A stretch of DNA of 62,085 nucleotides, filler included, from Globobulimina sp. (GCA_003354225.1; 22 parts of 22 records of this genome joined end to end with filler, not necessarily neighbours in it), one strand, 5' to 3'; positions 36,773-47,744 are shown, counted from the whole stretch's first letter. Notes: generated by a model not told the origin, from the letters alone. Translations and numbers: made by a program.

Positions 36773-38409
36773 AAATTACAATACCAATTTGGCAACAATA
36801 TTGACCAAAGATGATTTAAACTCCGCCATCTTTACCATCCCAATAATTATCGGCCATCCTATGACGAGAGTTTGGATCGGATTAAATGACGTCACTACAG
36901 AAGGAGAATGGGAATGGTCCGATGGTACGCTCTGCCAAATTGACAATACAACGGGAGGTCATGACTGTAGGTTTGTTAATTCATACTATTCCATAACAAA
37001 AACAAAACTATATATATTCTCTACTTTCCACTGTAGTGATTTTTGGTATCTTGGCGAGCCGAACGATTCCGGCGGCAACGAAGATTGTGGAGACTTATGG
37101 TATCACAGCGATGCGTGGGTTATAAATGATGCCATATGTGATAATACCAACAGCTTTTTATGCAACAAACCATTCGAATATACGTATGTTTACAATGGAA
37201 CTTTCCTGAATTGGGCCCAAGCTGAAGCTAATTGCAATAAATATCATGGCGGCATGGCAACGATCCAAACCACTGCAAATTACATATCCGCAATAAATGC
37301 GATACCGTTGGGGGTTAAATCTGTGTGGATCGGGCTTAATGATTTAGAAACAGAAGGTATTTGGGAGTGGAGCAACGGAGATGAATGTACTGCAAATAAC
37401 AATATATCTCATGATTGCTCCGTATTTTGGAAACCTGGCCAACCGAATGGTATTTATATATACTTTTTTATATCTTACCATTGTGGTATTTTTTACAGAT
37501 TGGAACAGTGGAGAGGATTGTGGAGAATTATGGTATTATGATACCACTGGAGATTGGTTATTGAATGATAATGATTGCGTATATGGACTTAGTTCACTGT
37601 GTATTGAATCAAATACAGCTCATCCAACCGTTCAGCCGACGCCGGATATCCAAAATGCGCATTTTGCGCTGTCTTTGACCCAACGTACATGGGCAGAGTC
37701 TTTGGTGTATTGCGAACAGCGTTATTATGGACTTGCTGCAATCTTAAATGAGCTTGAATTGGATGAGGTGGTTTCATTGATGCCGAATAATGTGGAGGTG
37801 ATGAAGCTGCACTATGCATGGATAGGTCTTAATGATTTGAAGCAGGAAGCTGTTTGGGAATGGAGTGATGGCTCGGAATGTGCCATTCGCACTGATAATT
37901 GTACGGATTTATGGGATAACGGAGAGCCGAATAATAAACATGAGAAGGGAGAAAATTGTGGACAGTTGTTGTGGGTCTCAGTGTTGGGCGAATGGAGAAT
38001 TAATGATAAAATGTGTGATTATACGTATGCTGCGCTATGCAGTAAGAATGAAACCACTGCAAATCCTACAACGTATCCGACGTTATCACCAACAGTGAAA
38101 CCAACCAAATTGCCAACATTTATGCCTACGCTGAGACCAAGTGATGTCCCGTCAATGTTGAATAATACGAAGGATGGTAATGTTGGAAATGCTTCGTCCG
38201 GAATGTCTACATTGGACAATACTTTGATAGCTGTAATTGTTATATTGCTTGTGGCTTTAGGAGGGACATGTTATTGTTTAATAAATTTTAAACAAATGCA
38301 TAAAAGTATTGGACAAATGGGTGAATATGTTGGACAAAATGCAAATCAAACTGACGCTCATGAGGTGAGATTGGTTCCTGATGACGAAACAATGGCAAAC
38401 ATAAATTAA
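36773..38409 (+). CDS. Type I membrane protein with at least three C-type lectin domains
   Basis: WIGLND..EG.WEWS three times, EPN/QPN motifs, EDCG, PT stalk and a TM helix. Two short introns. Confidence 0.9.
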
Positions 38410-38635
38410 ATGTCCATATATAATAATTATGTTACTGTATAATTACTATAATAAATAACATTTTCTCAATCTAATATAACAGAATTGGCTCTTTCTTTTT
38501 AATTAAAAACGTAAGATATTGTTATGTGCTATGTGTTGTATATGATGGTTTATGAGTATGCAACATGGTCACAATACCGGTACCCTACGTTTTTAATTAA
38601 TAATATAGGCAAAACATTATATAGTAGGCTACATA

Positions 38636-39498
38636 ATGACACAGTACGGTAGTACACAGCCAAGATATGGTCAACAGGAAACATTATTATCAGCACCACC
38701 CCAATCAAAGCAAACCGTCAAAACCCCAAAGGTTATCGAATCATCATCTGTTCCAATTGTAAACACAATCCATTATTGCAGTAAAATAATAATTTATGTA
38801 TACCTTGTCTTTGGTTTAGCTGCTGTCGCAATCACTATTTTAGAAGTTGCAGATTTCAACAAGGTGTTATTATTTGTTGTTCTTGTCATCGGAACTATGG
38901 TTTTATCATTGGGCGGAGCATTTGGTATGTTACAGTAACTTATGAGCATTTGGTAGATATAATATATTAAAATATAATGTATAATAAAAGGTATATACAA
39001 ATGGGGGACAGTGCAGATGCAAATTGATAGATTTATTGGCGAAAATAGTCGCTATGAATCAGAATTGGTGCAATTAAAAACAGCTAAAACTAAAGTCTCT
39101 GTTCAAGTGTTAGGAATCAAAGATAGTGTAGGAAAATTAAAGAAAAATGTGGATCATTTAAAGGAGAATTTGCATGCTTATGATGCATTAAAACAGGATT
39201 TAGAAGAAATTGCCGGCGATAATGAAGATTTGAATGATATGATAAATAATATCAACGGCATGTATGATGCAATGCGGATGACAGTGATTCAAAATCAAAG
39301 GTCGAGCATATTGGAGATATATTATGATGTTCAATTTAAAGATAAAGATCAAGGTTTATCAAACAGAGAATATAAACGTTTTAAATCAAAATTGGATACA
39401 GAAACAAGGTCAAGATTTGAAAAATATGGCGATTTTGAGCAATTGTCAGGTGTTGATAATGTGATTGATTTGGCTGAATTTCAAGATTTGTTAGAACG
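38636..39498 (+). CDS. Two-TM, coiled-coil, EF-hand-like protein (3'-truncated)
   Basis: Two TM helices, an intron near 38936, a coiled coil and DNVIDLAEF. Confidence 0.6.
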
Positions 39499-39598
39499 NN
39501 NNNNNNNNNNNNNNNNNNNNNNNNNNNNNNNNNNNNNNNNNNTTAATTAATTAANNNNNNNNNNNNNNNNNNNNNNNNNNNNNNNNNNNNNNNNNNNN

Positions 39599-39845
39599 CA
39601 ATTTTTTTTATGTTCTTTTGAAATGTTTTTATTTTTGTTATTTTTTGAATAAGTCCATATCCTCCGTTTCCTTGTTGTCCAAATCTGTTGTCACCAATAG
39701 AATATAATTCCAATATTTTATGTATTATGTAATGGAATGCATGAATGACACTAATAATATCTCTATGGATGTATTGAGACCTGGATTGTCTAACGTATCC
39801 ACTGACTAATAATTGAGACCGTCTTTTTCTGACAGTACAGTTCAT
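39599..39845 (-). CDS. RCC1-repeat family protein, N-terminal fragment
   Basis: LYSIGDNRFGQQGNG RCC1 motif. Confidence 0.65.
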
Positions 39846-40688
39846 TTTTGGTTGGGTTTATACAACGGACAAAAAAGATTTATTTAAGCGTTTTTAATGT
39901 AAACTTAATATAAGTTGTAAATGATCCATAATTATTCAAGGAAGCAAGTTATTTGTTAGTACCATCGTTATCATTGGATTTATGATCAGCATCACTTGCA
40001 TATTCCAATGGTGAGCCAAATCACGATTGGTGTATGAGACTCTGAGGTTTATGGACGTTGCCAAATATATAATTTCTATCAACATGGAAAAATGCAATAA
40101 TTACAAAGAATTTACACCGAATTAACCTCGTTATTTCAAGGATTCACTTATGAGATTGTAAAAAATACAAAAATTGGATTCGCTTTTTGTTTGGTTCACA
40201 TTCATTAAACTCTTTGCAACATTTACGATTTCGAATTCTGTCAGCAAATATTGGAGAATTGTATTTCGTAGAGTTAATACTCAATTGCAGATTTTCGAAA
40301 GGGTGCACCTATTCGGATTCTGAATAATTGTGTTAGTGAAAAAAAAGATAATCCAAATTCCACAATTTTAGTATTCCATCTTTTTTGCAATATCATTACT
40401 TTTTAGAATTATGGAAATTTGCAGTATTTGCTCAAATGGCAGAAAATGCGTTGTATTACGGATTTCGAATTGATTTACCCTTTTTTTTTGAAAGCGTAAT
40501 AATAATAAACAGAAAGCTGATTTGAACAAACAATAAATTTTTCATTACATATTGCCGCGCAAAAAGAATATCAAGAAATAATGGTCAAATGTGAAATCAT
40601 AATGACAATGACAGTTTGTGTGCAAAGAGATATAATTAATAATTCAAACTCATTTCAAAGCTCTTAAAAACTTAAAAATCATTCTTCA

Positions 40689-41507
40689 TCACACACGCTT
40701 TGCTTTCGATTTCTTTTTCTTTTTTGTACTAAGTTTCTTACTCTTTTTCTTTGATACTTTCTCCTTTTTTTTCTTTTTCTTCTTTTTCGTTTGCTGTTTT
40801 TCTACCTCATTTTTAACAGTTTCATCAAAACTATTTGAATTACAAAGCGTCTCTTCATCATTGTCATTGACTGTTGTCTTGTTAGTTTGTAGTGCATTTA
40901 TTTCGTTTCCATCACCAAATAATAGCTCATCCTCATCCTCATTCTCATTAATTATGGATATCTTATTTTTTTTTCGTTTGCTTGGCGATGGTCCCAAATC
41001 TGGCAAAATATGGAAATGTCTCTTGAATGGTTGCCCTATTTTTAAGCTATAATCGACAGCAAATAAATTGACAATATTATGTTGGGAGCAGTCATACTCA
41101 ATAATCTGATATCGGCGCTTATTTATTCGAAATAATGCAATCCTTTCGCCAATTTTAGGGTGTTTTGGTATGGATAATTTGAGATTGTTCATAGTGGATT
41201 CATCAAATCCCGGTGGGAAATGAAATAACCACAATTCTTTATTATTTTCTATATTGTTATCACAAAAATGCTTCAAATGTTCATTATCTCCGACACGAAC
41301 TTTCAAACAATTTGATAAATCCGAGAGGTTTATCGATGATGATTCATATTTATTGTATTTATCATTTGATGAATCTGCATTTACACTTTGATCAAATTTA
41401 ACTCGTTTTTTGTTGTGATTACTTGCATTGTTCCCGTCTGATGATGAATAGTGTTCTATTGCTTCATCATCACTTATTTCTAGTTTTCTTTTACGACCGT
41501 TGGATAT
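40689..41507 (-). CDS. RNA polymerase I subunit RPA34/PAF49-like; ATA where an ATG start is expected
   Basis: ELWLFHFPPGFD motif and Lys-rich tail. The frame stays open upstream through ATA-SNGRKRK at 41507 with no ATG. Confidence 0.55.
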   Translation of the reverse strand: MSNGRKRKLEISDDEAIEHYSSSDGNNASNHNKKRVKFDQSVNADSSNDKYNKYESSSINLSDLSNCLKVRVGDNEHLKHFCDNNIENNKELWLFHFPPGFDESTMNNLKLSIPKHPKIGERIALFRINKRRYQIIEYDCSQHNIVNLFAVDYSLKIGQPFKRHFHILPDLGPSPSKRKKNKISIINENEDEDELLFGDGNEINALQTNKTTVNDNDEETLCNSNSFDETVKNEVEKQQTKKKKKKKKEKVSKKKSKKLSTKKKKKSKAKRV

Positions 41508-41722
41508 GAACGTATTGTCAAAAGTTTTTTTATTCGCTTTAGTTTTTATTTTTTAACTCAAGATTTGTTGAAATTTTTAAACATGGCCACGAAGCACAGA
41601 ACCAACCACGACAGCTGTTCCAACAGTAAATCCAACAGCAGATCCAACTACAAATTGAGTGAAATAAACATCATATTATTAATTAATCAAATTATGAGAG
41701 TTTATACGACATAGCAATCCGC

Positions 41723-42322
41723 ATGGCATTGACGCATAATGTGTTTCAGAAAAACGTTTGTCGGCCTTTGAATATTGCATATTCTGAATATGAGGACTAT
41801 ACACCGCGAACATTGCGCGTCAAAGGATTTGTCGGTAATTGTAGCAGTTCCTACGGTCGATATGGCGTTTACGGCCAATGTCGGACCCAATCGCTGTTGC
41901 AATCAATGACGAGAACTCAATCATATCCGACGTTGAACTTTGAAACAAAATCGGGATATACAAAAACCAGGAAAAAAATAGGTCGCTCCAATAGGTTACA
42001 AATATCGTCGCAGTTGAAAGCACATCGAAAATATCAATCCGAATTGCATTTATCTGCGAAAATAAAAACAAAAACAGTAAACTCAACGGAGTACCAAACA
42101 AATGCAATAAAGCTTGCAATCAAAAAAAGGAAGAAATTGGGAATAAAAGTAAAGAAAAGAAAAAGACCAAAATCCTGCCCTGGATATAACGGAGCGACAC
42201 AAAGATCGGTTGCAATGAAAAAGAAAATTAGAAAACAAATAAAAAATAAAGAACGAGTTTGTGTGACCAATGCCGAAATGAATCCGTTTGTGGATCACAA
42301 TATTTTGTCTCCCAAACAAAAG
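41723..42322 (+). CDS. Basic hypothetical protein (3'-truncated)
   Basis: 200-codon open frame, K/R-rich. Confidence 0.45.
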
Positions 42323-42734
42323 NNNNNNNNNNNNNNNNNNNNNNNNNNNNNNNNNNNNNNNNNNNNTTAATTAATTAANNNNNNNNNNNNNNNNNNNNNN
42401 NNNNNNNNNNNNNNNNNNNNNNAATTGTTGGCGGCAGCCTTTCAATCTGAATGATAATATCCACTCCACTCTAATGGAAATCCCCTCGGTTAATAGTTGT
42501 GATTTTGAGTAGCAACAGGGGTGCCATCATTAGAGGGTTGGAAATTATACTTGCTTGAAAGGTTTTCACAGAACGCATTGTTACTATGTTCAAATATGAA
42601 TCCCAAAATATGCGGTTTTTCACAACTGTGAGGATGCAGCTTCAAAAAAGCCATAATATCTATATTTTAATTTAAACGTTTTTTACTGGTTCAGTGTAGT
42701 CAATAAAAGTTTTCACTTAATTGAATTGACTTGA

Positions 42735-43196
42735 ATGGGTGAATCAATCTCGCAACAATTGGAAGACTCTGACGGTTACAGTATTGAAGAAGAGATACAA
42801 AGAAACATAAAATGTCAAACAATTCGTTTAAAACGTCCGTGCCAACAAAAAACAAAACAGATGGAAACAATCCAAATCCAAATCGAATATACATCGACCA
42901 TTAAACAATTAAAACAGAAAATTGGTTCCAAAGTGGGACTCAACACTGAAGCCTTTAGCCTCTGTATTCCAACAAGTTTAAAAACATTGGACAGAAACGA
43001 ATTAAAATTATCCGATTATGGCATTTCTGCATCAAATGGACAATTACTTGTCGTCAACAGCAAGGACAGAGATGCTCGCAAACGCGCAGTGCCTGTATAC
43101 GTCATCCCGCTTAAAAAGGAATTGCGACCACGTGTACACACGAAACCATTCAGTTATCAGCAATGGATTAATTCGTCCATGGGATATAACACTTAG
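42735..43196 (+). CDS. Ubiquitin-like domain protein
   Basis: TIKQLKQKI...LKLSDYGI ubiquitin-fold signature. Confidence 0.7.
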   Translation: MGESISQQLEDSDGYSIEEEIQRNIKCQTIRLKRPCQQKTKQMETIQIQIEYTSTIKQLKQKIGSKVGLNTEAFSLCIPTSLKTLDRNELKLSDYGISASNGQLLVVNSKDRDARKRAVPVYVIPLKKELRPRVHTKPFSYQQWINSSMGYNT

Positions 43197-43262
43197 CTAA
43201 CACTCACCCTCCATATTTTTAATTATTGTAATGTTATTTGCTTTGTTTTGCACATTTACCTT

Positions 43263-43929
43263 TCACATCGATATTGTATTGGATTGTTTTGGGATAGTGT
43301 TTAAATTAAGTATTAATCGAATTTGATCCAACGTATTTATAGACGGCGACAATCCGCCATGAACACAAAATATTTGATCACTTATAATGGCAGACAATGA
43401 TAAGTAATCAAATATATCTGTACAATATCTCCATACGTTGACGGATCCATATTTTCTCATACATTCCTCGTAAAAACCATAGACTTGCGTTATTTGCCGA
43501 CTTTCGTGATTGCCGCGTATTAATGTAATGCGATCTGGATATCTCACTTTAAGAGCTAACAATAATAAAAAGGTTTCGACCGAATAATATCCGCGATCTA
43601 CAAAATCACCCATAAATAAATAATTTTGCTCTGGGATTTGACCACCGACTTTAAACAATTCCTTTAAATCGTAAAATTGCCCATGGATATCACCACATAT
43701 CTGTACAATACGTAATTAGCTATTTATCAATAAGTAAAGTGATAGAGATATTTGTCTTAACTATTACTGGTGGATCTACTCTCTGTACATTCGATTCTTC
43801 CATTAAAATTTCCATTGCATTTTGACATAGATTTTTTACTTGACCTTCATTGATATAATTACATTTTTGCAACTGTGCAATTTGGTGATCCAAATCATTG
43901 TCGTTTCCTTTGGATTCCGTTTCGGTCAT
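43263..43929 (-). pseudogene. PPP4C: Protein phosphatase 4 catalytic subunit, C-terminally truncated
   Basis: GDIHG, GDFVDRG, RGNHE and PP4-type [21 protein letters not shown]. Homology stops after LDQIR. Confidence 0.75.
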
Positions 43930-44061
43930 GGTCAGAGATAAAGGTTTTCCTGTTTTGATGCTATAAAACTAGTAAACTTACAAAATCTCAATTTACTGCC
44001 GTGGGTCGTGTGTAATGGTAGATCGTGAATGTAATTTTTAAAGTTTTAAACAAACAATGGT

Positions 44062-45146
44062 TTAAACATCTGTTCGAACATGATTTTTATGCAGAAAAGC
44101 TTGTACGGCTTCATCAATTGGCAAATTTTGTTTTTCCTTAAAGTATTGTGACCATTGCGGTTGAGCCAATGTGTTTTGATCAATCCCAAATGCACCATCC
44201 GTATCAATATAATGTTTCTGTAATTGATGAATATGTGCATTTAAATCTTGCCATGAATGGAAATTATTTGTATTGCTCGCATTTTCATCTTGTATCATTT
44301 TAATAATTTGCATGGCGATTTTAACATTTGTTTCAATTTCATTTGGTGCTTTTGCGTAACACGTTGCTTCTAAGTTATTTGTCAACGATTTAATAACTGC
44401 ACTACATTCATCGTCAAGTCTTTCATGCCATGGCATGTCTATTATTTTATCAATCTCTTCGCTTTTTCCTCCGAAGAAATTATCACAAATCTCTTTCCGC
44501 AATGCATGCTCAAATGTTATTATTCCATCCTTCCTATCCTTACTATCCTTGCTCTCACATTCCATTTTTTTATATTTAATGATTGGTTCAATCATTTCAA
44601 TTGCAACATCATTTTTAATTTTACCAACATTTTTGCCAATTTTCTTCCAATAATTCTCGTCTGCTTCTTTCTCAATGTTATACATTCCATCACATTCATG
44701 AATAATCCCTGACAATGTCCGTTGGTCAAAGGAATGCCCAAATAACGATTTCTGCGGATAATTCCCATACATTACATCTTTCCGCAAATACTTGCCATTC
44801 ACATCTGATTCAATATTGTGTTGTTCATCGATGTAACATTTTTTATTTACAAAATATTCATAATTTTTGGGCATTTCTGCAAAATACAATTCATTGTTAT
44901 CGTCACCATCATTTATATCCATATCAAATTCATCATCGACATCCATATCAAAGCCATCGTCATCCATATCATGATTATAATTGTCATGATCAAAATTATA
45001 TGATTTATTGACAAAGCTCTTTTCCAATGGCAATGAAGGTATCTGTCTGGGAAATATGTCACTTTGTAGATATGGTATTATGTCCGCCAATCGGGAGGTA
45101 TTTATTGGTTCGAAATATCCACCAAATTTAGTCCAAAATTTTTGCG
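44062..45146 (-). CDS. Hypothetical protein, C-terminal part
   Basis: Open frame of more than 340 codons with an acidic low-complexity patch. Confidence 0.55.
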
Positions 45147-45248
45147 NNNNNNNNNNNNNNNNNNNNNNNNNNNNNNNNNNNNNNNNNNNNTTAATTAATT
45201 AANNNNNNNNNNNNNNNNNNNNNNNNNNNNNNNNNNNNNNNNNNNNCC

Positions 45249-45276
45249 GTACCACGTACCACGTACCACGTACCAC
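45249..45276. repeat. Four copies of the heptamer GTACCAC at the contig start
   Basis: Read directly from the sequence. Confidence 0.85.
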
Positions 45277-45347
45277 GGAGTACGGATTACTAAAATTTAC
45301 TTTAATTAATCACTGTGTGCAGATAATGCAACACCTTAGAGGTCAAC

Positions 45348-45518
45348 ATGTCAAATAAATTTCAACTGCGGGCTTACTGTTATCTGGATAGAACTCAACC
45401 GCAATATGCATCTTTTGTGGGTACGGTTACCCAGGGCGATTTAATGGTAGAGGGTATGGCCTCGCTATATGTAGAGGTTGCACCGGGGAACGAGGTGTTC
45501 CACATGGTTGATATTGCC
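45348..45518 (+). pseudogene. Bacterial microcompartment shell protein (BMC-T, CcmP/CsoS1D-like), 5' fragment
   Basis: AGAGG RBS, then QLRAYCYLDRTQPQYASFVGT...GMASLYVEVAPG...VDIA. Homology and higher GC end abruptly near 45518. Confidence 0.75.
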
Positions 45519-45685
45519 ATAATTCTATTTCTGATATTGATACTACGTTTATTAATATTACTGAAAAGTCGATAAATTCAGATATTTGGTTACCAGGTAA
45601 TAAAGAAACTTCAATAAACGCGATTCATTCGTTATTACAAAGTATTCAATCTGAGATTAGAATATTATCAAAAGAATATAATTAA
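45518..45685 (+). CDS. 5'-truncated orphan ORF (55 codons) of the phage-like array
   Basis: HNSISDIDTT...ILSKEYN* has no start codon and ends just before promoter module 1. Confidence 0.5.
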   Translation, partial: HNSISDIDTTFINITEKSINSDIWLPGNKETSINAIHSLLQSIQSEIRILSKEYN

Positions 45686-45695
45686 TTAACAATAC

Positions 45696-45793
45696 GTGCC
45701 AATTAAATGTGTATTTATCGTTGAGTACACATTATAATAGGTATCAAGTTAATCAATTAGTTATCCATAACAATAAAGAGAGAAAATATTATG
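45696..45793 (+). promoter_or_regulatory. Promoter/leader module 1
   Basis: AATGTGTA-N12-TACACATT dyad overlapping TATAAT (45733-45738), then an A-rich leader ending GAGAGAAAATATTATG. Confidence 0.8.
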
Positions 45794-46273
45794 TCTATAT
45801 TATCAGTTCGTGCCATTGTTTTATCATCGCTTGTTGACGGTTTGTCTGTTTCTGAAATCGTTGAAAAAATTCGTGAACTACGTCCAGATTCACAGGCTGG
45901 TGTCACTGAAGTTAAGTGGTACATCAGCAAAATGAAAAAAGAAGAATTCTTGGACAAATCTGGTTTGGTGACACCTAAGGGAACTCTATGGGTTTCTAAA
46001 ATTGAGTTTAAGTCGTCAAAAACTCAAAAAACTGCAGAAAGCGGTGTACTTTTGAAAACGGCCATGACCAAGAGTACCAAATCTGCAAAACCAATTCATC
46101 CTCGATTAATTGAATTCAAAAAAGCGATTTGCGAAATGAAAGCGAAAGACTTGACTGTTTACCTTAAAAGTTTATGTAAAGATTTAAACATTCCTTACTA
46201 TAAGAAAATAGACAAAAAAGACGAATTAAAAGCGAATAAACTTGACAGAATTCATGCAGTTTTACTTGGTTAA
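45791..46273 (+). CDS. Phage-like basic protein (HTH-like N-terminus, Rho_N/HeH-like C-terminus)
   Basis: GLSVSEIVEKI..RP......VKWYISKM and LTVYLKSLCKDLNIPYYKK..K.EL. Has its own promoter, RBS and terminator. Confidence 0.7.
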   Translation: MSILSVRAIVLSSLVDGLSVSEIVEKIRELRPDSQAGVTEVKWYISKMKKEEFLDKSGLVTPKGTLWVSKIEFKSSKTQKTAESGVLLKTAMTKSTKSAKPIHPRLIEFKKAICEMKAKDLTVYLKSLCKDLNIPYYKKIDKKDELKANKLDRIHAVLLG

Positions 46274-46316
46274 ACTTAATTAAACTAAATTAAACTTAAC
46301 AAATAACAAATTCTTT

Positions 46317-46350
46317 GGTGTACACGGATAGTTTTGTGTGCACCTTTTTT
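46317..46350 (+). terminator. Rho-independent terminator
   Basis: GGTGTACAC...GTGTGCACC followed by T6. Confidence 0.85.
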
Positions 46351-46599
46351 GTACCTAAAATCCATCGTATAACTGCTAACTGTACTTTTTGGCCCATCAA
46401 TCTGCATATCTTAGGTCATCCTAGGTTAATCCTTAGCTAATATTAATGTCGTACTAATACGTTATGTCAGGTCTAAGACTAAAGTTAGACAGAACTCTTC
46501 TTAAGTATGTTAGAATTGACTTATAGTATTGGTAATTAAAGTACCAATTATGTAATTAAAGCACCAAAATGTAATTAAATTTAATTGCACATTATTGGC

Positions 46600-46682
46600 A
46601 TCTTTTTGTATACTTTATTAATCGGTATGATATAATAGTCTCAAGTTAAATAAATCATAACAACAAAGCGAGAAATATTATG
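46600..46682 (+). promoter_or_regulatory. Promoter/leader module 2 (extended -10)
   Basis: TGA-TATAAT (46628-46636). The 52 bp from TATAAT to ATG are identical to module 3. Confidence 0.8.
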
Positions 46683-47066
46683 TCATATAAACGTATCAGT
46701 TCAGTTAATTTAAAAGACGATGTTAAAGTCAACGATAAAGTAATCTTTGTTCCATATTTTGGTGTAAACTTTATTGAACTTACTGTCACTAAAGTTTTAA
46801 AAACTAAATTTATAACAAGTCATCCATTTGATAGAAGTAAAACTATGGAATGGGACACATGTGGTAATCCTAAAGGTGCAACGTCAACAAGATGTGAACC
46901 ATTTGTTCTTCCAGTTTGTGATGAAAATATCGAATGGAAAAATGTCAAAATACAAGAGGATTTGGAACAACGAAAAATAAAAGATGCAAGAAATCAAGTA
47001 ATGTCTTTTGTAAATTCGTTAAATCCAAAATCACCTTTATGGTTAAAACTTCAAGAAATACTTTAA
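46680..47066 (+). CDS. Phage-like hypothetical protein (SH3/KOW-like N-terminus)
   Basis: 128 aa, VKVNDKVIF...LTVTKV..T pattern, shared leader and RBS. Confidence 0.7.
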   Translation: MSYKRISSVNLKDDVKVNDKVIFVPYFGVNFIELTVTKVLKTKFITSHPFDRSKTMEWDTCGNPKGATSTRCEPFVLPVCDENIEWKNVKIQEDLEQRKIKDARNQVMSFVNSLNPKSPLWLKLQEIL

Positions 47067-47071
47067 ATTTA

Positions 47072-47160
47072 GTGCCAATTAAATGTGTATTTATTGTTGA
47101 GTACACATTATAATAGTCTCAAGTTAAATAAATCATAACAACAAAGCGAGAAATATTATG
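47072..47160 (+). promoter_or_regulatory. Promoter/leader module 3 (hybrid of modules 1 and 2)
   Basis: 44/45 identical to 45696-45740 and 52/52 identical to 46631-46682. Confidence 0.88.
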
Positions 47161-47409
47161 AAAAGAGTAACTCAACTTTCAGTTCATGTTAATGATGAAA
47201 TATCTGATGACATTTTAGCCTTATGTATTGAACACGGTTTCACAAAATTTTATGCAGATTCTGTTTTTAATACTGTTGATTCAATGCCAATTGATATCAC
47301 TGATAAAGATAAAATGAAATCTTTGTCAAAACTTGTATCAGAATTATTCATGTTATGTATTTCGTTTGAATTAAAAGTTTTCAATATTGAACCGCAAATC
47401 TGCCATTAA
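47158..47409 (+). CDS. Phage-like hypothetical protein (83 aa)
   Basis: The shared leader ends exactly at its ATG, and a terminator follows. Confidence 0.7.
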   Translation: MKRVTQLSVHVNDEISDDILALCIEHGFTKFYADSVFNTVDSMPIDITDKDKMKSLSKLVSELFMLCISFELKVFNIEPQICH

Positions 47410-47456
47410 GTTATCCATTTTTTAATTAATTTGATGTAACAAAACTGGCAATTAAT

Positions 47457-47489
47457 AGTGTACGGGCAATGCTGTTCGTGCACTTTTTT
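47457..47489 (+). terminator. Rho-independent terminator
   Basis: AGTGTACGGGCA...TGTTCGTGCACT followed by a T-run. Confidence 0.85.
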
Positions 47490-47744
47490 GTACCTAAAAT
47501 CCGATAAATCTGTCATTCTGCGTTTTTCTCATTGTCCCCAGAGCACTTCCTACGTCTTCCTGTCATGATTCTAAGAACACTTTAAGAGCTAGCGAGTACG
47601 TTATGTCACGTCTAGAGTTAATGTTAGAGAGAGATGACTCTAGGTGTCTTAGAAGCATACAGAGTTTATATCGTTCTATGAGATGTTTTTATATAACTGG
47701 ATTGCTATCTTACGTGAATACCGTTATATGCGGATTTTAAATAT

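Noticed and set aside
45348-45575. 75-aa ORF as a membrane-anchored BMC shell fusion
   Set aside because: The hydrophobic tail is out-of-frame read-through of the adjoining truncated ORF.
46441-46472. Xer dif site (TTATGT resembles the XerD arm)
   Set aside because: Neither copy has a recognisable XerC arm, and the XerD arm diverges after six bases.
45696-47662. Classical integron cassette array
   Set aside because: There is no intI, the genes have their own promoters and terminators, and no canonical attC follows the stop codons. Only the core-site resemblance is kept as a finding.
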